A stretch of DNA of 64,000 nt from Paramoeba atlantica (taxonomy: Eukaryota > Protista > Discosea). Each line of letters starts with the position of its first letter. The stretch's first letter is position 1. Where the stretch lies: contig CDRNVI010000012.1 of NCBI GenBank assembly GCA_977017575.1, positions 1,116,001 to 1,180,000 of the forward strand, given 5' to 3'. The notes under the pieces are model-generated. The model made no database searches, was not told the DNA's origin, and saw nothing but the letters and a program-made list of their open reading frames with translations. Shown here one piece after another: positions 34,593-45,516 of this stretch. The position numbers and the translations under genes were made by a program.

Positions 34593-35110
34593 TGAGCATA
34601 ATTTTAGAAAGTGTAGATGAATTTATTTAGAAGATGAAGAATAGAAACTGAAAATAGAATTCAAATTCTAGAGACATAAAATACATGTATGTGCATAGGT
34701 TAACTATAGTTGGAAACGCTCATGTACAACGTTTAGATCGTAGAGTGACCAATAAATTTTATCTCTTCTTCGTACAAAATTGGTTTGGGCTAAGGCATGA
34801 GTCGCTATTCCATTTCTATACTTGACCCACTAACCCTATTTTTATGGCGCAGAAACGAATTTTCTAGAATGCCGTTTTGTCGCTTAAAATGTATAAAGTC
34901 TTTACCTTCTTCACTAAAGATTTTAAAATTAGTAGATTGTTTGCAGTATGATCTGTATTAAAGTGTTATCAATTTCACCAGTAGCGAACTGCAAACTCCA
35001 TTCTTCAGATTATTACGTGGAAATGGTAAAATACTGGAAATTAAGAATTAGGGATTTTTATCCATATTGAATAGAAGTATCAGACCTAGAAACTTAGCAA
35101 TTATTGGTCA

Positions 35111-36175
35111 ATGGAAGAAGAGTATGAAGTTCAGATTAACGCGGAAGACGTTGAAGATAATAAAAAAGATTGCAAAAGTGAAAAAGGGGATCTTTCTTCC
35201 GAGGAAGAAGATGCTTTGCGTTCTCTGCTTAAAGAGGCTATTAATGACGACCGCATAAACATTGATATTCCTCCAATGCGCCTATTTTATTTTCATGTTC
35301 TTTCAAAAAGTCTGACACAACTTGACTGCACGGATGTTATATCACTCTCCGTGCGACGCAATTTACTTCACCAACTTAGCCCGTTTCCTTTTAACATTAA
35401 AAGAACGCTTACCGAACTTGACCTCTTTGATAACAAATTGTTGCACTTGGGGCACATAAATCACATGCCTCATTTGCAAAAACTAGACTTGAGTTACAAT
35501 CAGATTACGTCGATTCCCTCGGATGCTCTTCAGGATCTGCCTTCACTTCAAGAACTCTATCTCATCGAGAATCAAATTTCTAACACAGAAGGCTTAGTTC
35601 ATCTTTCCCGTCTGCGTCTGCTTGAGCTTGGTGGAAATCGTCTTCGTCACATTCCACACGAAATCAGCTCGCTGCATGATCTTGAAGAACTGCATCTTGG
35701 AAAAAATAAAATACACACGATTGAAGGCTTGGAGGATGCAACACGTCTGCGCGTGTTGTCGCTTCCAGCTAATCGGATCAAACATGTTGGTGAGGGATTG
35801 CGACAAAATCTCTCCCTACGAGAGATTTATCTTTCGGAAAATTGTATCGCACACATTGAGGGCTGTGATCACCTTCCTTTTCTAAGGCTCGTAGACTACT
35901 CACGGAATCCTATAGAATCCTTGAACGGAGTAGAAGGCCTATCGAGGGACACGATGGAGGAATTCTGGCTCAGTGAAGGCAAACTTGAGCTGTGGGACGA
36001 ACTTCGAAAGTTATCTTCTCACGAGAAACTCCACACAGTGTACTTTCTGGGAAATCCGTTAGAACGAAATGACGTTCGATACCGTGCTAAAGTGACGCAT
36101 TTGCTTCCCCAGCTTCGGTTTGTGGACTCTTGGCCTATTGCTTCTCGGGCCACAGGGGGTTCTGTGTATAAATAG
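35111..36175 (+). CDS. SDS22: Protein phosphatase 1 regulatory subunit 7 (Sds22-like)
   Basis: Acidic N-terminus; SDS22-class LRRs LTELDLFDNKL, LQELYLIENQI, LELGGNRLR, LHLGKNKI..IEGL; LRR cap YRAKVTHLLPQLRFVD. Confidence 0.85.
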   Translation: MEEEYEVQINAEDVEDNKKDCKSEKGDLSSEEEDALRSLLKEAINDDRINIDIPPMRLFYFHVLSKSLTQLDCTDVISLSVRRNLLHQLSPFPFNIKRTLTELDLFDNKLLHLGHINHMPHLQKLDLSYNQITSIPSDALQDLPSLQELYLIENQISNTEGLVHLSRLRLLELGGNRLRHIPHEISSLHDLEELHLGKNKIHTIEGLEDATRLRVLSLPANRIKHVGEGLRQNLSLREIYLSENCIAHIEGCDHLPFLRLVDYSRNPIESLNGVEGLSRDTMEEFWLSEGKLELWDELRKLSSHEKLHTVYFLGNPLERNDVRYRAKVTHLLPQLRFVDSWPIASRATGGSVYK

Positions 36176-36471
36176 ATGACTTTACAACCTTGGATAAATT
36201 GCACTCCTTGGGCTCATGGATGTCTTCATGTTTTTTGTCCTCGTAGTGTACATACATACCCACATACTGTATCTGTTTTTCGATCTCAAATGATGCATTT
36301 TTTCTCTTTCTTAATTTTCTTCATCTAATGAGTCGATAGGGAAAAGAGAATACAGAAAAGAAGGAGATCACATTTCTTTAGTTACCTGTAAAATGCAAAG
36401 CGGTGTGTAAAGAATTTCTGAAAGATTACTTGTGTAATAATTTACGATAGATTTGTTTACATTGGGATTAT

Positions 36472-36903
36472 ATGGATCGTCTTTATGACATTCAAGATAG
36501 CACGAAAATGGGATTTGCGTTTCTTGTTTGCGGTGCAGCGTTCACTTTCTTGGGTATTGTGCTTTTCTTTGATGGTACACTGATGACAATGGGAAGCTTG
36601 ATTTCACTTGTAGGCATCGTACTCGTCATCGGGACGCGTAGGTTTCTTTCTTATTTTAGTGATCATACCAAGTGGCGGGGAGGGGGGCTCTATCTTTTTG
36701 GTGTGTTTTGTGTACTTCGGGGTCACGCCTTTGTTGGTGTTTTGCTGCAGTGGTTCGGGGTACTCAATCTTTTTGGAAATCTTTTTCCTTTTTTGTTTAC
36801 CGTGCTTCAAGGAGTACCTTATGTAAGCACAGTTTTGCGCCAACCTACAGTCGAGGAATATATTGGCCATAGGCTATGTGGAGTACGTCGCAGTAATGTG
36901 TAG
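36472..36903 (+). CDS. GOT1: Got1-family Golgi vesicle transport membrane protein
   Basis: Four TM segments with LG..LFFD..L..MG..L..VG and G.L..WFG..NLFG..FP..F..L..VP pattern (GOLT1/Got1, not the aminotransferase). Confidence 0.85.
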   Translation: MDRLYDIQDSTKMGFAFLVCGAAFTFLGIVLFFDGTLMTMGSLISLVGIVLVIGTRRFLSYFSDHTKWRGGGLYLFGVFCVLRGHAFVGVLLQWFGVLNLFGNLFPFLFTVLQGVPYVSTVLRQPTVEEYIGHRLCGVRRSNV

Positions 36904-37409
36904 CTTGGTGTCATTTCGTTGTCATGATTATTCATTTCACACTGCACTTTTGGCTTCTTTTGACTACTACCTGTAGCGTTCGGTAACGCATGTCTATGAC
37001 TGGACAAACCGTTGATTGTTGTGATCTCATAGTTATTCCTTGTTATCCCTGCATGACGTGTGTCTTGCCCCAATGAGAAAAAAGGAGACGTCCGTTGGAG
37101 TGTCCAAAATTTGTCAGCTGAACACACCAAAGTATTGTTTGATTCTCCCGGAAATTCAAATCCACACGTGATCCTTGAATCCCCTCGCACCTTAAGTGCT
37201 CTTTAATGTGCTTCTCGAAGCAGATCCCCGTAGCTAGCTTGCGAAAGATGTGCTTTTTACTTTTTCGTTACAACGTAAATAACACGTACCTTTGAAGAAG
37301 TGTGTCCCAACTCGAGTACACGATAATGTAAGAAATTCTTTGTTAGCATTATTTGAAATAAGTGTCTACCTTTAGTTACATTTCTTTGTTTTCTTTATTT
37401 TCTGCGGTC

Positions 37410-40400
37410 ATGTGGCGTATCTCAACTCGGCGTATTCTTTCGACAGACCCCCTCACCGTTCTCATGCGATGGTGTGGATCTTCTACAACAACGGAAACGC
37501 TGACTGGCCCACTTACAGCGAAAATAAGCAAATCTTCACGAAGTACATTACCAGCGCTTTCAATTGATGAAGTAGCCAAAGCGCTTACCTCACTTCGTCG
37601 TGAGCATCAACACACGCTTTCGGCAAAGCAAAAATCCGATACGCGTAAAAAAGCTTTGAAACTCCTTCCTCGGGGCAAGACTGACCACTCAGAAGTGACT
37701 TCAAAAGCGACATGGATTTGGCTTAACAACGGTGTTTACTTTCACGCTCGTCACGAATCCATCGAACCTTACATAACGTGGGCTCTTGAGTGTCCCGACA
37801 AGATTGATAAAGAACATTTTCCGGCTATCTTAAATTCTCTTTCGCATATTTTCCGTCCCGTACAATCCACAGGTCAGCCTCCTGTTATCGGAATCTCTGA
37901 ATCTCTTAAAGAAAAGGCACGTCAGGTATTTGAGGGAGACTTTCTTTCCGTTGCGCTTAAACTCACTCAGTCTGGTCCTATGAAGGGTGTTGACGCTATT
38001 CTTCTTGTCTCGGCTTTCTCGCGCATGAGTGTACTGGAAGACACATTGTACGAAAACCTCGCAAAGTTGCTTCAACCGGAGTTGCCCAAGCTCAAGTTCG
38101 GAGAGCTTGCCAACGTCGCCTCTAGTCTGGCCCGTGTCAGTGTTTTCCCGGAAGAATTCTTTGAAAAAATGCTTCCCCGAGCAAAAGCTACCGTTGCAGT
38201 GGGTAGTCCGAAGGAGATCTCAACTTTGGGAAACGCAATTCTCCGCTCGGGAGCGGAGGACAAGGATTTTTTTAATCTCGCAGCCGTTGCTATGACTGGA
38301 CGCGTCCGTCGTTGTAAATCATATGAGCTTGCAGGGCTGATTAACACTTTTGCAAAGGCCGGAGTGGTGCACGAGGAGACGTCGAGGAGTCTCGTGGAAT
38401 TTGCATCCATTGTTGGAGTGATACATTTCACACGCACCGAGATTTGTTTTGTTTTGCCCGCTATATTGAAATTACCAGCAAAATCTGCAACGCTTTTTGA
38501 AGTACTTGCGCCACGTGTGGTCAAAGAATTAATTCCTACATTAAAGGCATCGGAGGTCCAGGCTCTTTTCTGTGCATACGCTAAAAGCGAGAGTCGAAAA
38601 ACCGGAGAAGTCATTCGAGCTTTACTATCGAAAATCGAAGAATTCAATGATGAATACGGTTCTCAAGAGGCATTGACACTTTTAGACGCTTTGACGAGAC
38701 TTCCTTGGGTACTGTCACGTGCAGAACTTAACTCCTTGTACAAGTCCTTTGAGTTCCGAGCCATGTCTCGTCTCCTTGAGGGTGGAGTCACCGAAGTTGT
38801 TTCTTTTGTTTCTATCTTGTCCCGGGACTCTGAATCATTCGCAATCATGCCAAACATAGTAAAAACGTGTCGTGAGCAGTTAAAGCAAAATCTCTCATCT
38901 ATTTCCGTTCAAGAACTTTCTGTTCTTACGAACGCTCTGAGTCGAGATTGCTGTAAATTTCTTCTCAACGAAGAGATATCCGCCTCTTTGATGGAACAAT
39001 GTCAACGTTTGCTTCCAGAATGCAAAGCTATTGATATTGCTGCTCTTTTGTCTTTTCTGACCAGCGCTAATGCCCAAGGTGGGGAAGCCTTTAGTCGAGA
39101 GGCACTGAAAGCTGTGTCATCCGCTATTCCCCATATGGGAACTACGGAGCTCTCCACTACGGCAAATAGTATCTCCCGTATTTCGATACCCGAAGCTTGT
39201 GACGTGGAACTGTGGAAGAGAATCGAGGACCACGCATGTAAACTAAAAGGAAAGCTTACGGCTACACAAATTGGTGGTCTCATGTCTGCGTTTGTTCGAG
39301 TGCAAATCACTCCGAAGCGATTTTTTAGCGAAATAGTAGACCCACTGGTCACGAGACACGCCATGAGTTTAAGTGCACATGAGCTTTGTGAAATTCTTGG
39401 AGCCTACGCAAAACGCAATTTTGAAGAGGATACCGTTTTTGCGTCCTTAGCGGATCGTGTCTGCCAAGTGGCTCCTCAGTGCACCACACATGAGCTCTCC
39501 ACGATACTCCACAGCTTTGCGAAGTTTGGCATTCGGAACGAGACTGTGTTTTACGACTTCCTACCCCACGTACTGCGGCACGCACCAAAAATGAAGTCTG
39601 CGGAACTCTCTACCGTCATTGTCGCATATGCTCGAATTGGAGTGTGGAATTTACGTGTGTTTACAGCCCTAAGCGAGCGAATGAAGGAAATCCTTGAGGA
39701 GTGCAGCACGCAGGACATTGCCAGCGTTCTCAACGCCTTCGCCAACATGGATATGAAGGACGAGGCGTTCTTTCGGGCATGCGGCGATCGTGTGGTGCAG
39801 CTCTCGACTCAGTGTACTCCACGTGAGATGGTGAGTATTCTCCATGCCTTTCACGAGGTCGATTTCGAACATGATGCACTGTTGAATGAGTTTCTCACCC
39901 GGCTCTCTGCGGAGAACGTGGCACAAAGCCTCTCCATCGGGGACTGCATCTTCATAGCGACCAGCATGCCACGGATTCGTCGCAACGTGGACGAACGCCT
40001 GGCGACTATTTACGACGCCCTCGCACGACGTTTCACCCGAGAGGCCTCACTCCTTCTCCCCACCGCCCTGGCCAGTATCCTCCACGCATTCTACCGCAAA
40101 CGGATCACCGTCCCCTCCGCCGGAGCCATGTTCGAAGCCCTCACCCTCCGTGCCGCCGCGGACGTCGAGAACTACCAAATCCGCAACCTTGCCATTCTCC
40201 TCGGGGCCGTCACCAAAAGCGAGAACGCGTCTCACGTCCCCCTTGCGGCCTTTGTCCCTCGTCTGCTCCAACTCATCCCCCAGTGCAACGCGCATAACCT
40301 TATGACCGTCTCCACCGCGTTCGCGTCGGAATCCGAATCCCTCATCCGTTCCCGAGCCGATACCCCAGACCACAGGGAGGAGAATCCGCATCGTTGCTCT

Positions 40401-41156
40401 CCTGGAACGGCCACAAATGAAGGCGAGGGGTGGGGAGAAGGAGATGGAGGAGCTGGTGGTGTTGGCGTAGAGAGCCACGAGGACGTCCCCTCCCCCCTCG
40501 ACCCCGAGTCCTCCGAACAGGTCCTCGACGCCCTCCTGGCCCGCACCCTCCACCTCCTCCCCTCCCTACGCTCCTACGAGCTCGCCTGGACCCTACGCAA
40601 CCTCACCCTGCTCTCCGCCGCCTCCGGGTCCCTCGAGACCGACCGCGACACGCTGCTCCGGGTCCTCGACAAGGTCAAGGCGCTCCACCCCCACCTCGGG
40701 GGCCGGGACTGCGGGAATCTGCTGCGGGTGTGCGCGCTGCTCGGGGTGGACCCCGGGGAGGAGGTGGTGGAGCTGGTGGTGGGGCGCGCGGTGGTGACCC
40801 TGACCCAGACCCCGCCGCGGGGGGTCGCGGAGACCCTGGACGCGCTGCGGGTGATGGGGAAGGTGGTGCCGGAGTACTTGGGGCGGGTGGTGGGGGAGTA
40901 CCGGCGCACGAGGGGGTTTGAGGGGCAGAGGGGGGAGGTGAGGAGGGTGGTGGAGGAGGCGCTGGGGTATTTTGGGGTGGACTTGGGGGTGGGGGGGAAG
41001 GGGGGGGAAAAGGGAGAAGGGGAAAAGGGAGAGGAGGAAAAGGGAGAGAAAAGGGGGGGGGAGGGGATAGGGGGAGGAGGGGGAATTTTCACATCCATGG
41101 AGAGTGGGAAGGAGGATAGTGTGGTGGATAAGGTTGCAGAAAGGGTTGTGGAGTGA
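37410..41156 (+). CDS. Putative mitochondrial RNA-binding helical-repeat protein (~37-aa repeats; HPR/FASTK/RESC-like)
   Basis: Presequence MWRISTRRILS; repeats such as QCTTHELSTILHSFAKFGIRNETVFYDFLPHVLRHAP (37 aa). Confidence 0.75.
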   Translation: MWRISTRRILSTDPLTVLMRWCGSSTTTETLTGPLTAKISKSSRSTLPALSIDEVAKALTSLRREHQHTLSAKQKSDTRKKALKLLPRGKTDHSEVTSKATWIWLNNGVYFHARHESIEPYITWALECPDKIDKEHFPAILNSLSHIFRPVQSTGQPPVIGISESLKEKARQVFEGDFLSVALKLTQSGPMKGVDAILLVSAFSRMSVLEDTLYENLAKLLQPELPKLKFGELANVASSLARVSVFPEEFFEKMLPRAKATVAVGSPKEISTLGNAILRSGAEDKDFFNLAAVAMTGRVRRCKSYELAGLINTFAKAGVVHEETSRSLVEFASIVGVIHFTRTEICFVLPAILKLPAKSATLFEVLAPRVVKELIPTLKASEVQALFCAYAKSESRKTGEVIRALLSKIEEFNDEYGSQEALTLLDALTRLPWVLSRAELNSLYKSFEFRAMSRLLEGGVTEVVSFVSILSRDSESFAIMPNIVKTCREQLKQNLSSISVQELSVLTNALSRDCCKFLLNEEISASLMEQCQRLLPECKAIDIAALLSFLTSANAQGGEAFSREALKAVSSAIPHMGTTELSTTANSISRISIPEACDVELWKRIEDHACKLKGKLTATQIGGLMSAFVRVQITPKRFFSEIVDPLVTRHAMSLSAHELCEILGAYAKRNFEEDTVFASLADRVCQVAPQCTTHELSTILHSFAKFGIRNETVFYDFLPHVLRHAPKMKSAELSTVIVAYARIGVWNLRVFTALSERMKEILEECSTQDIASVLNAFANMDMKDEAFFRACGDRVVQLSTQCTPREMVSILHAFHEVDFEHDALLNEFLTRLSAENVAQSLSIGDCIFIATSMPRIRRNVDERLATIYDALARRFTREASLLLPTALASILHAFYRKRITVPSAGAMFEALTLRAAADVENYQIRNLAILLGAVTKSENASHVPLAAFVPRLLQLIPQCNAHNLMTVSTAFASESESLIRSRADTPDHREENPHRCSPGTATNEGEGWGEGDGGAGGVGVESHEDVPSPLDPESSEQVLDALLARTLHLLPSLRSYELAWTLRNLTLLSAASGSLETDRDTLLRVLDKVKALHPHLGGRDCGNLLRVCALLGVDPGEEVVELVVGRAVVTLTQTPPRGVAETLDALRVMGKVVPEYLGRVVGEYRRTRGFEGQRGEVRRVVEEALGYFGVDLGVGGKGGEKGEGEKGEEEKGEKRGGEGIGGGGGIFTSMESGKEDSVVDKVAERVVE

Positions 41157-41448
41157 ATAGATAAGAGTCGGTATGAGAAAAATAGGAATTAGGTAACCCA
41201 TCACATTATACTATGTATGTAGTCTTGTGGTTGTTTTGCTATAACTGCGTTAGTTTCACCCTCTTACGCTTGCCCTTATCGCACTATTGTGCTTTTGTAA
41301 AGTTTTGGCGAAACAACTTAAACGGCTATGATCTGTTACTTTATTTCAGAATCTCTTGAATCAGTTTAGAATCACCCTTTTTTTCTTCTCACTCTTTCAC
41401 GTTTTCTCCTTTCTCACTTTTTCTTTCTTTTTTAAAACAACCAATTCT

Positions 41449-42090
41449 ATGGATCCTTCTCACCGGGGATTACTCTACTTCAGTGCCATACCCGCAGGCG
41501 TCACCCCACATGCTCTTGAATTGTTTCTCAACACGGAGTTCGGTGAGGTCGGGCGGCTCCGCCTTACCCCTGCCAACGAGGGCTCCCACACCCGGCGCAG
41601 TGCTCGGCAGCGTTCCTACAAACTCTACACTGAGGGCTATGTGGAGTTTATGGAAAAGGCCGACGCCCGGGACACCGCGCACCGACTAAACATGCAGCCC
41701 TGCACCTTTCTGGGCCGGCGCAATCCGAGTTATGGGCACCTGTGGAATGTGCGCTACCTTCCCGGGATGCGTTGGGAGCATCTTGTGGAGCAAAGGGAGG
41801 AGGAACGCCAACGCAGGCAGCGTGCCTCTCGACAAGAGAAGGCGCGACTCCAGAATTTAAACACACAATACTTTAAACAGGTGATGGAGGCAATGGGGGA
41901 GCAAACCCCTTGTTTGGCGAATACTGAGGAAACTTCGACGACGACGGGCGAAAGGAAAGGTAAGGGCGATTCAGCGGAGGTGAAATGTAGGAAACGAAAA
42001 AAGGTAAGGAAAGGAGTCGAAGACATAAATGAGCTCGCCGCTTTTAAGAATAAGACACCACAAAGAGTATTTCAGGACAATTACCTCTAG
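41449..42090 (+). CDS. ESF2: Pre-rRNA processing protein Esf2/ABT1 (RRM)
   Basis: GLLYFSAIP, YTEGYVEF, LWNVRYLPGMRWEHLVEQ motifs typical of Esf2/ABT1. Confidence 0.88.
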   Translation: MDPSHRGLLYFSAIPAGVTPHALELFLNTEFGEVGRLRLTPANEGSHTRRSARQRSYKLYTEGYVEFMEKADARDTAHRLNMQPCTFLGRRNPSYGHLWNVRYLPGMRWEHLVEQREEERQRRQRASRQEKARLQNLNTQYFKQVMEAMGEQTPCLANTEETSTTTGERKGKGDSAEVKCRKRKKVRKGVEDINELAAFKNKTPQRVFQDNYL

Positions 42091-42176
42091 AGTCGGGATT
42101 TTGCCGTAATCCTCCTGATAGTAGGTTCAGTAGAATCTAAATATCATATTCTTGCGTTAAGAGAATACGTTAATAA

Positions 42177-42911
42177 ATGATAACTTTCCGTGAGAAAAAA
42201 AATCTTTTTGTTGCAATGGAGATGACAATAAGCCATTTTGATGAATTTGGGTACATCATTCCTCTTGAGAAGACAGCGGTAAGACTTTATATGAACTTTA
42301 TTTTATCTTGCATCATACAGTTTTCGAAACTGTTGAAATGTCTACACAGCACTCCGTCCAATAAGAAATTGAATGAGTGTTTCCTTCTTATCCATACCAC
42401 ATCGAAATCACGCAACATCGGGTCTATCCTTCGTAGTGCATCGGCATTTGGCATCAGGGAAGTTCTTGTTGTGGGCCGCAGAAAGGAAACAAATTTCTTT
42501 GGTGCCCATGGCACCCAACGGCGAGCAAATATATCTTTTTTTCATAATTTGGCAGAAGCAGCTCATTTTTTGCGGGATACACACAAATGTCTAATTGTGG
42601 GTGTTGAGATAGCTGAAGGGGCAAAATCCTTGAGTGAATGTTCTCCTTTTTACGCGTCAACGTGCTTTATCTTTGGTAATGAAGGCACGGGTCTCTCTGT
42701 TGAAGATCGCTCTATTTGCGATTATTTTCTCTACATTCCTCAGACGGGGGATGGCACTGCCTCATTGAATGTTGCCACAGCAGCTGGTATCGTGTTATAT
42801 CATTACAATGTTTTATGGGCACGTCATCCAGAGACCTCACGGAAGGGTGAAAAATATTTGCTAAATCAAGCAGCAGAGGAACCCATACTGCTAACTGCTA
42901 ATCCGGATTAG
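42177..42911 (+). CDS. SpoU/TrmH (SPOUT) RNA methyltransferase
   Basis: NIGSILRSASAFG, IFGNEGTGLS, YIPQTG.TASLNVATAAGIVLY. Confidence 0.92.
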   Translation: MITFREKKNLFVAMEMTISHFDEFGYIIPLEKTAVRLYMNFILSCIIQFSKLLKCLHSTPSNKKLNECFLLIHTTSKSRNIGSILRSASAFGIREVLVVGRRKETNFFGAHGTQRRANISFFHNLAEAAHFLRDTHKCLIVGVEIAEGAKSLSECSPFYASTCFIFGNEGTGLSVEDRSICDYFLYIPQTGDGTASLNVATAAGIVLYHYNVLWARHPETSRKGEKYLLNQAAEEPILLTANPD

Positions 42912-43060
42912 CATTTCTATCACGCTTATAGCATGTCGGGGAAGCAGGTCACATCATGTGACTCCCACGTAGAGTTTTCTATAGCGCTTCCCTTGTTTTA
43001 AAACTCGCGAAACAGAATCCGTGATATTTAAGAAGTGGGTAATGGTCAATAGCATTTGTA

Positions 43061-44205
43061 ACCCGGGGAACGGTATATTATTCAATAACGCTATATTATT
43101 CTAATTACACTATATTATTCAAATTAACACTATATTATTCAAATTAACCAGGGGTCCCTAAAAATTTATAGATTTAGTTTATAGTATTTCAAAAAAAATT
43201 ATAGTACTATAAATGCCATTTATAGCACTATAAATACTTTAAAGTGTTTGAGAAACTTTATTTTTAAGGGAGGCTAAAAGGGGTTCAAGAAGCCCAAAAT
43301 TGTATTGGATGTTGTAAGGGATGATCATCTCGGGGGCCTGGCGTTCGGCTCGCAGTTCCGTGGTTGAAAACCCTTTTCTGAGATGGTAGCCTCAGGGAGA
43401 CTCCATGTTGAGGGTGTCAAAAGCTTTCCGAGAACTAGTTGGTCGGCGTCTGTACCATCAGTGAGATGGCAGTGTCAGGGAAGACCACGAGAAGGTCCCG
43501 ACCTTGCTCCCCATGTTCAGGGTGTCAAAAGCTTAGTAAGTTATTGATCGTACTTTCCCCAGGGACACAGCGCAGTCCCTTCGTAAGAAGCCACTTAAGG
43601 TTTAGGTCCTGCAAAGCAGCATTGCTAACCCCATGATTGATTTTCCATAGGAGGTGTCGCTCAAATTCCTGTAATTGTGGTTTCACGGTGAAGGCATCCA
43701 AAGATCCTCGTTCCACACGTTTTTGACGCTGAGTGCTCCGCATCCACTCCTCAAAATTTAGGTCATGACTTTTAGTTCAAGTGCGTGAGGGCCGAGGAGT
43801 AGGAGACTCGAATCCCCTTTTAGCAAAAAAAAGGTTTCTTCGCGCCTGCTTCGCAGACTTGGCATTCGAAATTATGCGTCAACAATTTTAACAAAGTGTG
43901 AAACAACAAACTCCGCCTGGCTTTCGTCGTTCCGTCGCATATTTGGCATTTCTGAGAAACAAAAAAACTAAAATTTAATATACCAGTTTTTATGTATAGT
44001 ATTTAAAAGTTTATAGTACTATAAAAGTACTATAATAAAGGTTTTAAAGCTTTAGGGACCCCTGAAATTAACACTATATTATTCAAATAACGATATATTA
44101 TTCAAATAACGCTATATTATTCAAATAGAGCCGCATAACACTGTATTATTCAAATAACACTATATTATTCAAATTCCGATTTGAATAATATACCGTTCCC
44201 CGGGT
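43061..44205. mobile_element. TA-flanked MITE (25-bp perfect TIRs, 19-bp subterminal tandem repeats) split by a nested hAT element
   Basis: TA|ACCCGGGGAACGGTATATTATTCAA ... TTGAATAATATACCGTTCCCCGGGT|TA; repeats of AACACTATATTATTCAAAT. Confidence 0.88.
43149..44064 (-). mobile_element. Non-autonomous hAT-type element (916 bp)
   Basis: 14-bp TIRs CAGGGGTCCCTAAA; exact 8-bp TSD AAATTAAC at 43141-43148 and 44065-44072. Minus ORF 43525-43743 resembles a hAT transposase N-terminal segment (..NAALQD..LL..G...PGESTINNLL). Confidence 0.85.
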
Positions 44206-44358
44206 TATATTGCGGTGTTTTTCATGCGTTTTTTCTATTTTGTATCTTTTTATCAGTAACATAGTCACAGCATCTATCTATAGTACCGGTACGTACAGAT
44301 CTACGTGGTATTTTTAAGTAAAACTTAAACAAGATGAAAACATAAACAAGAATCCACC

Positions 44359-45258
44359 ATGAAAGAACAGAAAAGGAAGCGTTTTGGGTCCGTTCAAAAC
44401 CGGACGACATCGTTCAAGTTACAGGGCGCAGAAAAGGTTAAATGCTCAACACTTCATCATACAGAAAAGCAGAGCAATCCAACTATTACGTGCAGTACCA
44501 TTGCAACCTGTGCTGAGCAAGAAGTTCGGCGGAAATATCAACAAATGTTAAATATTTTGCGGCAACAGCATGGGACAGAAAACTCATTCAATTTGCTAAC
44601 AAATCCCTTGAATCAGGAGTCCAGGAAAAGTCCCTTGCTACTTATTACTGGACTTCCTTGGTACGTCTCTGAAAGGAAAGTCGTGTACGAATTAAGTATT
44701 CATTGCAAACCGCTCAAGTTATATTTTTATTGTGAAAGCAGCAGTGGCGTTTCTCTTGGATGCGTTTTAGTTGCATGTGCAGAGCCAGAAGTTCTATACA
44801 ATGTGTACTCAATTATGAAGTGTAATTTCGAAGCTCCTACTTCCATCCATATTTTATATCTCCCATCAGATAGCTATAATTCCAGCAAGAAGAATGTTGC
44901 AAACAAGTTGAATGATAATCATGAATCCAATACACACATATCTACGAGTGAGGTGTGCACCTCGTTGGGCCCAACCTTGCTTCCACCATCAGAACTGCTG
45001 GAGAACACTGTTCCTCTCACAAAAGTAGGTGAAGCAGAGCGGAATGACTACGAAGGTAATGATTCACAAAGATCAAGCTCAGTTTTATTCCCGCCAAGTC
45101 AATTGACTCGTATAGAGTGTGGCGGAATGGGAATAAAAGGGTGGGAATTTCGAACGCCATGCCCTTCTATTCCGAACACAGCACATTCTACAGGGTATCG
45201 TTCTCTTCAAACTTTGCAAAGAAGAATTTTAGTATGGAATGAAAGGACACCACAATGA
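44359..45258 (+). CDS. RRM-containing protein, CFIm68/CPSF6-like RRM
   Basis: LLITGLPWYVSE..L...LKLYFY.ESSSGVSLGCVLV resembles the CPSF6 RRM pattern. Confidence 0.6.
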   Translation: MKEQKRKRFGSVQNRTTSFKLQGAEKVKCSTLHHTEKQSNPTITCSTIATCAEQEVRRKYQQMLNILRQQHGTENSFNLLTNPLNQESRKSPLLLITGLPWYVSERKVVYELSIHCKPLKLYFYCESSSGVSLGCVLVACAEPEVLYNVYSIMKCNFEAPTSIHILYLPSDSYNSSKKNVANKLNDNHESNTHISTSEVCTSLGPTLLPPSELLENTVPLTKVGEAERNDYEGNDSQRSSSVLFPPSQLTRIECGGMGIKGWEFRTPCPSIPNTAHSTGYRSLQTLQRRILVWNERTPQ

Positions 45259-45516
45259 AATTCTGTTCTTTTTAAACTTTGGATATAAGATTTTTCGTAG
45301 TTTGGAGTCTTAGTCTATTCCCTGGAGATCGGCAAACTTTCGAAATCCCTGTACAAGTGTGGGAGGTAGGGATATTCGTATAATTTCGTAAGTACACGTC
45401 TTAAAATGAGTATAGTATAATATTATTTATATTGAAAAAACTGTAGTGTTGTACACTAAAGAAAGGAACACTTTCTTATTTAAATGGCACCTACATGACA
45501 CACGGACGTCTGTTCA

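Noticed and set aside
43795-43825. tRNA T-arm-like GGGGATTCGAGTCTCC (minus strand)
   Set aside because: No D-arm, anticodon arm or acceptor stem; lies inside the hAT relic.
43070-44175. Regular 19-bp repeats as a CRISPR array
   Set aside because: Repeats are contiguous without unique spacers, lie between MITE TIRs, and there are no cas genes in a eukaryotic context.
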